Source: Octopus vulgaris (lineage: Eukaryota). From it: 64,000 bases of DNA. Made by a program: the position numbers and the translations under genes. Shown piece after piece: positions 39,099 through 53,693 of this stretch. The DNA is taken from the NCBI GenBank assembly GCA_951406725.2, contig OX597814.1, positions 52,514,001 to 52,578,000 on the forward strand, written 5' to 3'. The notes under the pieces were generated by a model. The model saw only the letters and a program-made list of their open reading frames with translations. It did no database searches and was not told where the DNA came from. How positions within the stretch are numbered: the first letter of the stretch is position 1; every line of letters starts with the position of its first letter.

Positions 39099-41397
39099 GG
39101 TTTCTATACAGTTCCTGGCAACTGCATTCACTCAAAGCATTGGTTGTCCTGGGGCCATAATAGAAGGTAATTGTCCAAGGTGCTGTGCAGTGAACTTGAA
39201 ACCTCATGGTTGTAGAGTGATGTTTTCTAAAGTTTAAATCTTTTGTTCTATTCAGTCTGCTTGTTTCTCTCTTAATCAATATTTATTGATTGGGATATTA
39301 TCTCGAAACATTCAGCCCAATTATATTGAAGTATAAAATTTATGGAAGGAAAAGTGGAAACATTCATTCATGCATTAGAAAATGGATTTAAAGCATTAAA
39401 AAAAACCCCAAAATTGAAGCACTTTCTCTTAAGTTGTTGGGATTTGGGAATCTTTGTTTCACAAATTTGTCTGAAAATGCTGTACTGTCCATCTTACAAC
39501 TGATTCAGTCAAATCCAACAATTTGAGCCAACTTAAGATTTACATTTAAGACAAAAACTTTGTATTCATAGGGTTTTAAGATTGTTTTTTTTTCTATTCT
39601 CTCTCTTAGTCTTGCTATGACATTTTATTTCTTAGCTAGGATCCTTCAAATATGGATTACCATATCCTTATTACATACTATTGATGTCTTGTTGAAAGAC
39701 TTAGAATAGAATTAAATAGTAAAAGAATGGTTTAGATTATTTGGTTCTTAGGCTGAGTTGGAATTGTAAAAATTCTTCAACACAACTAGTATAAGCTAGT
39801 TAAAAATCTGTTCAGGACAGCTATAAAACAACTGCAATTTGGTATATTTTATTATATCTCTGGTCTGCTTTGGCTGTTACAGGCAGGAAGACTGTCACGT
39901 CTTTGTTGTGTGTCAAATATGTACTGCCATTCAACTCTGATGGGTTGTAATCATGTCCTATAATGTACAGAGGATGATAATGTCATTGTCTTGCAAATTG
40001 CAGTTGCTTTACATATATACTGATAATCGTTTTTCTGTATGAAAAACTTGGTATGTTTTATTTATACCTGCAGTGCCTGTGGCAAAAGTACTACACTTTT
40101 CTATGTTCATCTGAATGTTGCAAATTGGGAGTCACCTTGTCGTTACTATACAATCTTTGAGAAAATCTTGAATTTGTTCTGTTAAGTTCTTGGTGAGACA
40201 GACACACTGTTGGGGGTCAGTCGAAACTGTTATGACTGTTTCCAGTAAAGTGCTCAGACAGATGAAATTCTAAAATTTATGAAAATTTGAGACATGATAT
40301 TTTAAATTCAAAATGTATTTTGAATGTATCTATATTAAAAAGTAACTGAGGTAGGAAACTTAAAAGTGCAAAATTATTTTGCTCTTTTCTCAATGACATT
40401 AATAACTAAGTAGATGTAGATTGTAATGGTGATTGAGGAATATTGGTCATAAATATTCATGAAACCAAAAAACTTAGGGTTTTGGAAAGTGATTGTGTAC
40501 GATATGAGAATGTTGCAGGCATTCTTAAAATAAAAATAGTAATAATGAGAAGCAAAAATATTTAGCAGTTTAGAAGTTGACTTATGGAACAAATAGAATG
40601 GAATAAGCATTTAAACCAGCTACATTCGGCTCAAATATTCTGTTTTATGTTAGATCTGGCCTCTTACACCTACCCTACAATATCATTATAAAACTACACA
40701 ACCACATCATCAAAATCTCAGCTAACTTGAATGCTAACGGGTGAACTTTAGTTGCATCAGTGTTAAGAATAGTCAATTATTTGCTAAAAAGTATTTTCAT
40801 CATTAGTGCTTAAACATGATAAACTGTTAATTGTAGATGGTGGATTGGTCATTTCAGTAAGTATTTTCAATGACTTTCGTGAAGGCTTTCTTTTGAACTT
40901 TAAAAATATTGGTTAGCCATATACACCTTATTTACTCATTGGTACTCGCATAATTACTAAGCACGAATTGGGTGTGTATTCTTAGCAGTAGGTAGTGTAT
41001 CCACTGAAGATTTAAAACAGCAACTTGTGCCAAACATTTGGTATTATATTCTGTTATTGGTTTTAGTTTGGGTGCCTTCAAGGGTCATCGTATTAACACT
41101 TGGTTTATGATCTGGTAATAATGGAACAACATAAATACACAAACAATTTCTGCATAGTTTTTGCCTGACAAATTCTACTCTTGATATATTGATCAACAAT
41201 CCAAGCAAACTTGCTCACAGTGCAGGGAAAACAAAAAGGTGATTGAAACTGGAACCATGTGTTGCAAAGTGAACTTAAAACTGTACAATCATACATACAC
41301 TCAGAAGAATGTGTACTCTTTGGAGGGATTTTAAATATCTCTTTTATCAACTTGTTTTATATTCCAGATATCTGTTATTGAAGGCTAAAGGGTTATT

Positions 41398-41705
41398 TTA
41401 TCATCATCATTTAACGTTCGCTTTCCATGTTAACATGGGTTGGACGATTTGACTGGGGTCTGGCGAACCAGACTCCAATCTGATCTGGCAGAGTTTCTAC
41501 AGCTGGATGCCCTTCCAAACGCCAACCACTCTAAGAGTGTAGTGGGTGCTTTTACGTGCCACTGGCACGAGGGCCAGTTTGGTGGTACTGGCAACGGCCA
41601 TGCCCAAATGGTGCTTTTTACGTGCCACCTGTACAGGAGCCAGTCCAGTGGCACTGGCAACGACCTCGCTCGAATATTTCACATGCCACCAGCACAAGTG
41701 CTAGT
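41398..41705 (-). mobile_element. RTE 3' UTR fragment (intronic)
   Basis: (CAT)n followed by ...tttctacagctggatgcccttcc..., same family as 3895. Confidence 0.78.
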
Positions 41706-44700
41706 AAGGCAAAAAAAAAAAAAAAGCAACTGGCAATTAAAAGTATTTTATCTGAAAATAAGCTTTAAAAAAGGTATTTGGATTCATAGCTGTGGCATAA
41801 TTATATCAAACTGAAGCCAATATCATCTTGGAAGGAAATTTACCAATTATCAGCTAATTAGTTTATTAGCTGGTGAATAAACTTTGTTTACAAATTTTAG
41901 CCCATTTATTGCTTTTGATTTATTTTTGTGAAAGTGAATAATATTTGTTAGATTATGGGAATTTCTTAAGAGGACAGTAAATATAGTTTTCCACACTAAT
42001 GAATTTCTTAATGTACTTGATCACTTTTGATAATGGTACGACTTAGAGGTATAAATTCCTTATTCTTGCTAGCCCTTGTTACCACATTAAGATTATTTTT
42101 GACAACCATATACAGATAGGAAAGAGATTTTATATCCACTTGTTTTACAATTTTGCCATTCAATTTTTGTTTCATCTTTCCAACTGGGATCAAATTCTGT
42201 AATCTTGTAAAATGGGTTGGTTGGCTTGCTAAATGATAAGAACTGTATGACTTCATGGGTGACCAAATCATTATAGCACCTGGCAAGTAGTCAAGCTCAC
42301 ATTCTTGCATTGTGTTAGTCAAACCTACCTCACACAATGTAGGCATCCGCATACCTTAATGTGTTGGTGATGGCAACAACCACCACTAGAATTGACAAGT
42401 TCTATTCAATAAGGATTGTATGATTAATGCTAGAGCAAGTTATGAGCATTGACCCTGTGGATTCAGGTTGTAGGTGACATTTTTAATAAGTAATTCCTGT
42501 GAAGAGTCTCAGCTTTTGATATTGCATGGGTAAAATTTTTAATATGTGCCAAAGTAGATATAGAAATAATAGATTTAAAATTTTTGCATTTCATCTTATA
42601 TGCAGTCTATGCTTCAGATATGTGAGGAGATGAACCATAGTTGAGCAAACCATTGATCCAGTTGTTCCAGTTATGATCACTCTATACACCTAGGAGTGTA
42701 TTGCTCTATTGTTCTCTCTTAAATTGTTAGATTATATGTTCCAGCAACTACAAAGCTTTTCCCACTGCTTGTCTATGCACATATCATGGTGTGATATGGT
42801 GTGATATGCTTCCTCTAACTTGTATTTTGCTTTAATTTAATGTGTATCCAAGCAATCAGAAACTATTGTCCAAGAATTGGTTTATATTTACCATTTAATA
42901 ACTGTTTTGATGATTAAAATATTGAACAGTGTCCTAAACATGTAGATTTGTCATCTTTTTATTGTTTACATATTTTTAGTTGAGCAAAAATTACTTTAAA
43001 GGGGCTTCTGTTTGGTTGCCTGACCTGTTACAGACAGCAGCCAAATTTTCCTCAAATCATACATATAACAGCATGTTGAACTGCTAAACAATTGGTTCAG
43101 TAACTTGTTTACTGTTCAATTAATACTAATTAGGAAAATATTTATTTCTGAATTTTAGGTTTGAATTAAATTATATTTTGCGAGGGAGACTGTAAAAAGT
43201 AACACGATGTAGGGTATTTATTTTGTTAATCTCACAAAGGTTTAAAGCTAACTGATATGAGCTTCAAAACAAAGGATTTGGCCCATCGTTGTTTCTATGT
43301 GTTAGAACTTTGCACTATTAGGTTTTAAAATTTGCTTCTTTCTCCCTGGCAATAACATCTTGATTCTTGTGAAGCTCCTATTTTATTTAATGGAAGTGCC
43401 AACATAGCTAAAATATAAAGGCATTTCAAGTGGGATATGTTATTGTGTTAACTAACCATTGTTTATTACACTGGTTATTTAATTAATTACCAAAATAGTT
43501 TTTTTTTTTTATCTTTCATTTCTGTTAAACAGCAGTTTTGTGAGAACCACTATAAAATGCAATTTACTTATGCCTTTAATATATAATTAAGCAGCTTAAT
43601 TAATTATTCAGGAGCTCAGTTAGCCTTGTTGATTTGTGCTTGATTATTTGTTTCTTAAACATTTGGCATTCAGATTACTCAGTCAAATGTTATGATGTTT
43701 ATTTATTCACACTGTTTTGAATTAATCTTGCATTATCTCATAACTTGATATTTTCGTAATGTTATGGTTATTTTTAGAATGACATTGTAGAATAGATGTG
43801 AGAGGCTGGATCTGGTTTGTTTGAACATAAAACAGTAGGATATTTGGGTTAGATATGGCTCAAAATGTTACGCCCAGATCAACCTTAATTGAGCAGACCC
43901 ATGATAAAAAAAACACTGTAATCACACATTTTTGTATATATGACAGTAGAGTATGATTTGAGGGACATTGCTTGCTATTTACATGAGCTTCACTGGTGAC
44001 TTAACCTTTTCCATTATGCAGTAGTTTGGTTATGTAGGATTCATTGTAACAAGTTGGGATGTTAAAGAATATCAGTAGGTTTGGTAATGAGTATAACTGG
44101 CAGTTCCTTAGCATTTGTTATGTGGTTAAAATACCTTTATAGATTTTGAGCTGGGTATGAAATTTGATGACTTATTTTGTGCCTGTCTAGAACAAGTGGA
44201 GGTAGTGGATTTCTGTATTTGTAATATGTTTAGGAGATTATGAGCAGTTGAACATGTTTTACTGATAATCTAGTCATTAAAATACAGATTGTTTGTGTCT
44301 TTATACAGCTAGATTATGGCAATAACATGTTTAATTTTTTTATTAATATTTTCTATCTTGGGTCACTTGATACAATGTTGAAGCTAAGTTCCAAAGAACC
44401 AATAGATCATTGGTTTCCTTTTTCCTAAATTTAAATATTTTGAATTTTCAAAAGTAGAAGAAAGTGAACCATTAAAAAAAAAAATCTTTGGAAGTATCAA
44501 ATATTACAATACATTCTTTGATATATAACCGAGGCACTCACAAAGTATTGATGTGCTTTATTCAGAAATGTAGTTCTATAGCATATAGGATGATTCAATG
44601 CTTTAAAAAATTCATGGATCAACTTTGGAATGGAACATCCTGTAAATTCACTTGTGCAAGTTGACATTTTTTAAGAGAGTATAAGGATTTTGTAGAGTAA

Positions 44701-46324
44701 TACGAGAAGGGAAGAAGTATTATGAAGTTGCAGTGCACCTGAAGTTTAAATACTGGTCTGCTGATGCATATTTGATAGTTCCAATCAATGTCTTGAGCCA
44801 ACCCAATTTTGTTATGCTTTATTAATTGATATACGAGTGTCATTTTTATTGTCAGACCATAAGATGCTATATCCTCCATTTGCCATGATGAGCAGTCAGT
44901 TGTTCAATCTACAGTTGAATCTCTACTTGTGAATAGCAGAGTATTCTACAGACACAGTCTTAATCCAGTGTGACAGAACTGAACCGTTTGAATTGCAGTT
45001 ATAGTCCAAGGAGAAAGAAAAAGAACAATTATTCTGTTCACTAAATTAGTATTTTATTTTATTTTGAAAAGATGGAAAGCAAAGTTGATTGTGGCAGTAT
45101 TTGAACTTAGTGCAGAGAATTGGAAAAAACACTGCATTACATAACAGACATAATTCTTCCACTTATTGCCTAAACTTAAGCATACAAGTTTGTTCAGTAA
45201 AACCCCTTAAGATATATAAGTATAAAGGATAAGATAATAATTGTAGGTTTTTACGGATTGCATTGCTAAAATGATGTAAGATTAAAAAACTTTTTAACTG
45301 CTTTGTTATTTCCCCTCCCTTAATGTACCAAAAAAGAAAGATAATTTTTGCTACTAATCTTCAATTTAAACAAGTATATTTCTTTGGTAATGTTTTAAAT
45401 TTTTAGTTAGTATTGTGTCTTAGATTCCTTTTATTTCATGTCCTACTTTTTTGACATTCTTAAATGACTGCTAATTACTCACCAGTTAAATATATCTGAT
45501 ATAGACCATATTTTTGTCGTAGATTTGCTGACTTGTTCTGTTCATGCCAACAAAGAGGAAATGGAGAGGGCAAAGTCTTGTGTGAGATATAGAATATTTA
45601 AAATAGTGTGTGATATGTTTGGTATTAGGAACAACCAACCAGCCAACCATTGCTTTGATAATCCATGCAATATCTGAATTTGTTGGGCTAATCTGTGATT
45701 GCATAAAGAAAATATGGCATCAGTATAAACAATGTTGGAGTTAATTTTCTGATGTGTCTTAAACAGTTTGAATTGACACTCAGGTTGTATTTCCTATTGG
45801 AATCATAAACATTGCCAGAAACTCCCCAATTCTGCGTTTATATAACGTTATCTGTTGAGGTTTTTATTAAAATAGTTAAATTGTGATTGAATATCATCTT
45901 GGTTTTGTATCAGCACTGAAGTGAATGAATTCTTGGTTGTTGATTGTTCTGGATATTTTCTTTGGAGTTAGATAGGAATGAAATTTTCATGGTTTTGCTT
46001 CTAAGTTTTTAGCTTTTTCTTTGATTTTTAATCTAAGTGGGTATTCTAAGGAATGAATCATTCCTCTATATATATATGTAGTACATTTGACAATAATTTA
46101 ATTGCACATTATTGGCAACAGTTATTTAAATCAAAATGTTTGATTTATAAATTATTTTTATTTTCTGACATAATTTTCTACAAAGCACATGCAATCATTA
46201 AAGTTTACTAGTTTACTCAATACATATATAAAAGTTGATGAAATAAAAAATTCTCCTTGGGTTATATTTAGATTTTATGTTTGCTTGTTTTTCTATTTGC
46301 AGGTGACTGCACCAGATTTTAAAT

Positions 46325-47294
46325 ATGAATCGAGGTGGAGTCAGTCAATGGTCAGGTGGCAAAGAAATGTCAGGCTTTGATTACAATTCAAATTATGGCA
46401 ATCATTGGAATTCTGGAGCAACAGCCTGGGATGGTATGGGAAGCAGCAATCTTATCAACAGCAGCAGTAACAGCAACAACTTTTCTACTAGCTATGGAGC
46501 TGGATTATCTAGCAATGTTAGTGGTTACAAACGTCAGTGGCAGTCAGCTAGCCCAGGAGAAGAGAAAAAAAGTAACAAAATGATTAAATTAAACCAGTCA
46601 TATGGTAGTCAAGGAGATCAATACGGTAGTGTCGATGCAATGTATTCCAATCAATCTGGTCAATACAATACAAACTGGAATGACTCAAAGAGGAAAAGTG
46701 CTACTTCAAATTGGGGATCAGTGGCACAATATAATAATAGTAACAGTAACAGCCATTGGCAGGGGAAATCTCCACAAAAGGGTATGAAAAACTTTGGATA
46801 TCAAACAGGATATCAGGGTAACGATTATTGCTGGGATTACTCTGCTGAACAATATGTTGATGAATCAGACTTTGGTGAATTTGGCGCTGGTTATTTTGAT
46901 AACCAAGGAGCATTTGATGATTATTATGTTGGTGATCAAGCTTATCAGTATGATCAAAAACAGCGTGGCGGTAAATTTGGTGGCCGAGGACAACGTGGTT
47001 CTGCCTCCAACCGTGGTGGACGTATTGGAAACCAACCAATTTGGGGCCAATGGCTTACTGATGAGAACTCTTTGACATTTGGCAGTGCTGGGTCTAGCCC
47101 TTATGGAAGAGGCCGACGTGGTGCAGGAAGAGGTGGTGGTGGTGTTGGATCTGAAATTAACCGCATCAGAGATGCTATCCGAACTGTTCAAGGTTACAGC
47201 GACATTGATCTAAGTTTCTTACTTGATGCATCTGATACCTTCAGACAAGGGAATCAATATAAAGGGAAGTCTGGCAGAGGAGCTGGTGTTGATG
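46325..47294 (+). CDS. NKRF-like: Coding exon 1 of NKRF-like multi-dsRBD/R3H RNA-binding protein: N-terminal S/Y/G/Q/N-rich low-complexity region and RGG boxes
   Basis: Acceptor ttctatttgcag ends at 46302. In-frame TGA at 46304 precedes ATG 46325 (A at -3). The frame is open to donor G|gtaagt at 47295 (phase 1). Translation includes QRGGKFGGRGQRG and GRGRRGAGRGGGG. Confidence 0.88.
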
Positions 47295-47458
47295 GTAAGT
47301 TACTACTATATTTAAATATATATATCATCATCATCATGTAACTTTATCCAGTTGCCATTTTTGTAAAATGTTCAAATTTAATTTACATAATAAATTTCTG
47401 TGTTTGTGTGTGAAAAATTAATTTTATTTATGATTTAAGTATTTTAAATTTCTTTTAG

Positions 47459-49064
47459 CAAAGAGAGGTGCTGCTTCACGAGGAAAACTACAGCGTGGAG
47501 GTTTGGCAAATTTTGGTGATCGAGGTTCATTGAAAGCTGGTCTACGAAATCTCCAGGCTGCTGCAAAAGGATTATCTCAAGGAGTCAAAGGAAAAAATGC
47601 AAAAGCTTCCCCTTTGCAAGGAGTTAATTTACCTGCCGATACGTCAAAAATGACAATATCTGAAAAAATAAAATACTTTACCCTCTGGCTCAAGCGTGAT
47701 TACCCCAAATGCAATGCTATTCAGACAATTGAAAATGCTTTGACTAGCTGCAAACTTAAATTAGATCATTCTTATGATGTTGAAGAGTTGGTGCGCATTG
47801 GTGGCCGATCTATGTACACTGCCAAACTAACAGTTGAAGGTAAATTCATGGCTAGAGCTGTAGCTGCTAGTAAAAAAGAGTTAAAACATGAAGTTTATAA
47901 AAAGGCTGTTGAAGTTCTGACAAAGCAGTCTGTTGCGTCCATTGTAAAACAGAAAGATCCAGGTCCAGAAAAAATGAGAGCAGAATTGACTAATTCTCTT
48001 ACTAAGAATAAAACTGAACCTTCCTGGGAGAAAGTGGTAGATATTTGTAAGGAAAAAGGTCTGAGTTGTGCTCCAGAAAAAACGTTTCATGGCAATGAGA
48101 AACAAGTGGGTTTCCAACAGTTAATTGCACAGCTCAAAGCTACCAATCCTCAACCTGACAATGAAATTTCTGCCTTCATCCAAGCCTTCTCTGCTTCACA
48201 TTGCACTTTAGAACATACTTATACTCCATCAGATTCCAGATTAGCTAATGGCAAAGCTGTATTTTATGGCACAGTAACCATTGGAAATGTGGTGGTTGGA
48301 CGAGGTATGGGTTGTAAGAAGAAGGATGCTAAACATGAAGCCTATAAACAAGCTATTGAATTCATCAAAAATAATGCTCTTGAAATTGTAATGAAGGGTA
48401 ATAAAAAACAGCCTGTGGAACATTCTGGTTTCAACATATCTAGTACTGAGGTGAAATCTCCAAAAACAACTGGAGAAACAGCCACTTTCACTGATTTATC
48501 ATCTAAACTGGAAGCATTAATTAAATTAATCAAAGAGTCAGCACATCGAGCAAATACAGTTAATGCTGTTGATACAATGGCTGTCCAGTGTTGTTTGTCA
48601 CCAACTTGCCTTTATCGTAAAGTTGAAGGTGATATGCAGAAACGGACGCTAGCTTGTGAACTCTATTTGGACAATCTTCTAATAGCAAAGGGTGAAGGTG
48701 ACACCAGAAAGGATGCCCAAATTGGTGCCTATACAAATGCATGGGAGGTTCTTAGTACCAGTACACCCAACTATCTGATCAGTGAGCATCATACTCTCAC
48801 CATGAAAGATAAACTTGATCCAATGGTAATTGATATAGTTGTGAAGGGATTTGGAAAATATGGTGAATCTAATTTGCCAAGACTTCGCAGGCTCAGAATT
48901 CAAAGTCCAGAAAATTCCAAATCTATTGAGGATTTAGTAATTATGGAACATGAAGACTGGAAATATGATCGGCAGCGGCATGCTTTCTGTATTCTCAACA
49001 ATAGTTCTACAATGTGTGGCATGTTAATGGAATGGGAAATAGAACCACAAGGAGATGTTTTCAA
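47459..49064 (+). CDS. NKRF-like: Coding exon 2: three dsRBD-like repeats and start of a fourth
   Basis: Acceptor tttcttttag ends at 47458. The phase-1 join G|CA (Ala) continues into the 521-aa ORF frame. dsRBD-like units at ~47713-47919, 48160-48366 and 48553-48753 end in SKKELK, KKKDAK and TRKDAQ helices. Donor AA|gtaagt at 49065 (phase 2). Confidence 0.92.
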
Positions 49065-50105
49065 GTAAGTAGTTTTCTATTTTTTTTATCTGTTGCTAAC
49101 AAATATTTCTCGAAATTAAAAATACTCAATGACAGATTTTTTTTAGTTTTTAAAAATAAAGATGTTAGCTAAACTAAGCAAATTAATTGTATTACTTTAC
49201 AATTAATTTCCTTAACAAATTTAAAACACACTTCAAGGATTTGGTTGCATGGTTAGAATATGGTGAATTTTTTTTTTTTTTTGTTTCAGGATTGGGTGAT
49301 AATCATTAATGCACAATCCCTGAAGTTTGTAAAAGCTTCTAACAAATCTTATCTTGCAAAATATGTTGGTGTAGTGTTATTTTAATATAGCTGACTAACT
49401 GTATCTATTTCAGTTTTTGAACTGGTGTTTCACTTTGAGAAAAGCTTAAACATTACAATTTCTTTTATGTATCAGGCAGAATAAAGAAAAATTGTCATTT
49501 TAACAGCTTAAAATGTGAATAAAATTCTGTTGAGAATATACTATAATAGAATTTCTAAAGCAATAGTGAATGCAAGTTTTCTAGTTTATTTTACGTGATC
49601 TTGAGTAAGAGAAGGCTTCAATTAGAATGTTGTTTATTTACAATTTATTCCAATTGTGATATTAAAGTAATAATGAATATATCTTGAATATTTGTTAGTC
49701 AAATACTGGTTTTATACTACCTATTTTACTACTTGCAAAATCAGTATAATTTCCAGTTTTGGTGATTGGGGTGCACTAATTATAAAGGCTATAGTTCTGT
49801 CACTGCGCAGATCTTTTGATAGTCATTTTAAATAACATTAACCAGTTTTCATTTCTTATAATATCAGATTCTTGTATCCATTTTCCTGTGCTGATGTAAG
49901 GGTTGGAATTTGAAATGGTAGAACAACCTGCTAGTTACAATGCTAACAGATATAGCAGGATTTGAATATACAATCTTCTGCTATAGTTTCTTAATCAGAG
50001 AACAACTGTTTCTTTTAATGTAACAGATATCTTGAATAAATATGTAATTGAATGTATGTGTCATCTTCTCATGTTCAGATGTCATTTGATGTATTTTTCA
50101 AACAG

Positions 50106-50229
50106 ATGTAAGATGCTTATCCAGAAGAAACTAATAGCTGAGGCCTCAGCATCTTCAAAGAACAATGCTCGTAACACTGCTGCTGCAATTGCTTTGATGA
50201 AACTCTATCAAACTCAAGATGTTATCAGA
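50106..50229 (+). CDS. NKRF-like: Coding exon 3: second half of fourth dsRBD-like domain (CKMLIQKKLIAEASASSKNNARNTAAAIALMKLYQTQDVIR)
   Basis: Acceptor tttttcaaacag ends at 50105. The phase-2 join AA|A (Lys) keeps frame. Donor AGA|gtaaga at 50230 (phase 0). The peptide resembles the last dsRBD-like domain of NKRF as I recall it. Confidence 0.88.
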
Positions 50230-52296
50230 GTAAGAATATCTTAGTTATCCTTTCTTTTCACCATACATTTAATAATTTTCATTATAAGCATTGTTGCTTA
50301 ACTTGAGACTAGTTCTTTAGATATGCTTCTACAAGTTCCTAGCAAGATTTTCCCCCTCCCCCAAGCCTTTTTTACTGTAGGTTGGTCTCATGGCACAAGT
50401 TGAAAATTTTTTTTTCATGTTACAAGAAGGCATTGTGAATGACATAACTTAACCTACACAACTGTATTGATATGATACAAATGAAAAATATATTCTTAAT
50501 GACCACACTGTTACATTTGAATGTTAAAAATGAGGAGGTTGCAATCTAGTGTTGAAAAAATTGAGGTTAAATGCATCAACTATAGTCATGAATGTTCATT
50601 AATAATGAACATTGAATAAATTACTTTATACAATTTTATATTTATTTATAAATTATTTTCCCCTGTAACCTAATATTCTCTTCATAGATAAGCATTTTTT
50701 AGTACTTCAATTTTATTAAACTTTCTACATCATCTTTAGTAATAAATAGAATGAGTGCTAATTAAGCTGTAAAATAAAATTGTTAGCTTCAGAAAACTAT
50801 TTTTTCATTTAAATTCTTTTAGGAATATATATTACAAACAGCAAATAAAAGAAATAAAAAATAAATATACATAAAAAACAGCAAGCAATCAAAATCATAA
50901 TGCTAAAGAAATTTACGTAAAAAGCTTTATTTAATGTTCTTTGTAATCAGTGCTGTCTTTCCTGCATTCATTACAATTAATGCCTTAATAATGATGTGCA
51001 TACTCTTTTACTAGTTTCAGCTCAAGGGCTGTGGCCTAAGTTGGACAAATTTTATTTGTAACTGTATCTGATAGTAAAATTTTAGTGTTTTATTGGTGCT
51101 AAATACTCATAATAATAGGACATAACTTTCAGAATATCTGCATTGATTATTCCAAAATTTTGAAGGCTGATAACCACAATAGAGCTCAGGTGCTTTTTTT
51201 TTTTGTGCTTATTTACAAAGTGAACCAGTAGTGCCAAATCTAGTTTTGACTCATCATAAAATCATGAATGCTTAGCAAGAGTTGTCTGTTCACTTTACAA
51301 TTAACCTGATGTGAATTATTGCACAATTAATATTGAAAATTACTCCCTCTTTAGACTCTTAACATTGTGGTCCAACTTGGTAGAATACTATAATTTTGAC
51401 CTGCAGATTTTATTGAAAAGGTCCAGTTTAGTGTGTTTAAAGCATTTCTTCCTGTATGTAGGACAAAACATAGAAAAGTGCAATGGTCCACAACTTGTGC
51501 AGTTTTAATATGCTTAGAGATTTAAATAGAAACTTGTGTCTGATACTTTTGTATTAGAACTTCATTGTATTACTCTGACTATGCTATTGCAACAAATCTA
51601 ACCTGGTTTGAAGTGGACAAAATTCTTAGAACAATTGTGAATTGTCATTTTTTGTCTGGGCAAGATTGATTTCATTTATAAAATATATTTATTAATGGAA
51701 TCGATCATTCTCTAACAAAAAAATAATAGTCACCACTGTCTTAGAATTTTTCCATCTTAGTTATATTTGTTGTGATGTAGTCAATCAAGGTGATCAGATT
51801 TAGACACTTCTAGTAAGGTTTCTTTTCAAGTAAGTTTCTAAGCAAAACCTTACTTCAAATTTTATAAGCTTTGCTTCTGGATCATCTTTGTAGAGGATTT
51901 AGAAGAAGCATGTGTATTGAATCATAGCAGAAAACTATTAACTGATTCTCTTTATTTTTACTTTAGATCAAAAATTTTGACCTCCTTGAGATAAATCTTT
52001 CTTTAGGTTTAGTTAATTTTTTCAGTGTAGCACTTTAAATGTTCCACTGAATAATCTTGAATTGTAGAATAATTTGGTGATTGCATTGGTGCCACATAAT
52101 GCAAAGAATTTTGACATAAGCACTTTTGAGGTAAACTGTATTTACATCTTCATCATTATCATTAAACTCGATTTTTGTGTTAGCTGATTATTAGAGCTGT
52201 CAGTCTTTGTTGGTTCAAAGCTTCTTCCTTTTATAACTGATATAACTGACAATTGTGGTTTCTTTACATTATCCTTGAGGCACATTGAATTGGTAG

Positions 52297-52524
52297 TCAA
52301 CCTATTTGGTACCAACCTGCTTGAGATTGTCCTTGGTTTTATGATACAAACTTCCTTTTTAAAGTGATGTAAATAAAAATCTTACATCAAAATTTCAAAT
52401 TAATTTATGTTCCAAACAATAGCTGAATAAGGACATAGTATAGTTATTTTATTAAATTTTTCATTGTTTACAAAATTGAAACAGACAGCATATTTCAACA
52501 GGAATATGGTAGCAAAGGGGTTAA
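52297..52524. mobile_element. Short non-autonomous DNA element with piggyBac-like gggttaa end
   Basis: Ends aaaggggttaa. Inverted-orientation relatives at ~34160-34340 and 38058-38270 (ttaaccctttt...). Confidence 0.5.
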
Positions 52525-53394
52525 ACATGTACAAGTATACATATCATGCAATATCACTCAACATTAGCATATTGACTGAATAGTTTTATGTATTAAATAA
52601 CACTATAATGAGGTAATGTTATGTTGAGTATCTCTAATTTAAGATATTCTGATAATTTACATGTACTTGGATGAAAAAATAAAGTCCTTATCTATTGTAT
52701 TTCATTTTGTCTTTTGAGTTTAAAGTTTATCAGACTTAACTTGCCTCCTTTTCCTTGGGGTCAATCAAAATAACTATCAGTATTATACATTAGCTTATGC
52801 ATTTGAATTATACTCTTTCCTTTTTTGACAACTGATCATGTAAAAGTTAAGATTTTATTATAGAAATATTATACTGCTTTTAAATTTGGCTGAAGCAAAT
52901 TATACTTACATCTCATTAAAACGTCATTTTATTGCATGGTGGAGAAGTTTGCTTTCCAATTGTGTGGTTTTTGGATCAGTCCCACTGCAGGGTATCTTGG
53001 CCAAATATAATAATTAGTGAATTTGGTAAACAGAAACTAAAAAGAAGTTTGTCATGTGTATCTATCCATGCGTGCATGTGTTTGTTGCCTTGTCTTCGCA
53101 TCACACAATAGTTATACATGAACATAACTATCCCTTGTTTTCAGTCCTGCCAAGGTGAAATATCTTGCTTGGAAACAGGTGAATGTTGGTGATAGGGAGG
53201 GAATGTGGCTTTAAAAAATCTGCCCTCAACAAATTTTCTCTGATTCATGTGAATATGGTAAAATGGATGTTAAACAAATGATGTTTACATCTTTTAAAAA
53301 TGAACAGATCAGTTCACTCAAATATGCATTCATCATTGTTTTTACGCCTTTACAATGAACCACTGCTCTGTTGGACATAAATTTCAACACTGCT

Positions 53395-53693
53395 AAAAGT
53401 ACCAACTGAATGTGGCCAATGCCAGTACTCACAGACTGGCTCTTATGCCGGTGGCATGTAAAAAGCACTATCCGAACATGATCAATACCAGCCCTCCTGA
53501 CTGGCTCCTGTGCCAGTGGCATGTAAAAAGCATCCACTACACTCTCGGAGTGCTTGGCGTTAGGAAGGGCATCCAGCTGTAGAAACATTACCAGGTCAGA
53601 TTGGAGTCTGGTGCAGCCGCTGGCTCTCCAGACCTTAGTCAAACCGTCCAACCCATGCCAGCATGGAAAACAGACGTTAAACGATGATGATGA
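53395..53693 (+). mobile_element. RTE 3' UTR fragment (intronic, inverted relative to 41398-41705)
   Basis: ...ggaagggcatccagctgtagaaac...gttaaacgatgatgatga. Confidence 0.78.

Noticed and set aside
42008-42352. 114-aa minus-strand ORF with faint Helitron helicase-like ending
   Set aside because: The motif match is too weak to call by eye.
46335-48903. Overlapping alternative-frame and antisense ORFs within the coding exons
   Set aside because: Short shadow ORFs expected from a long coding frame, with no motifs.
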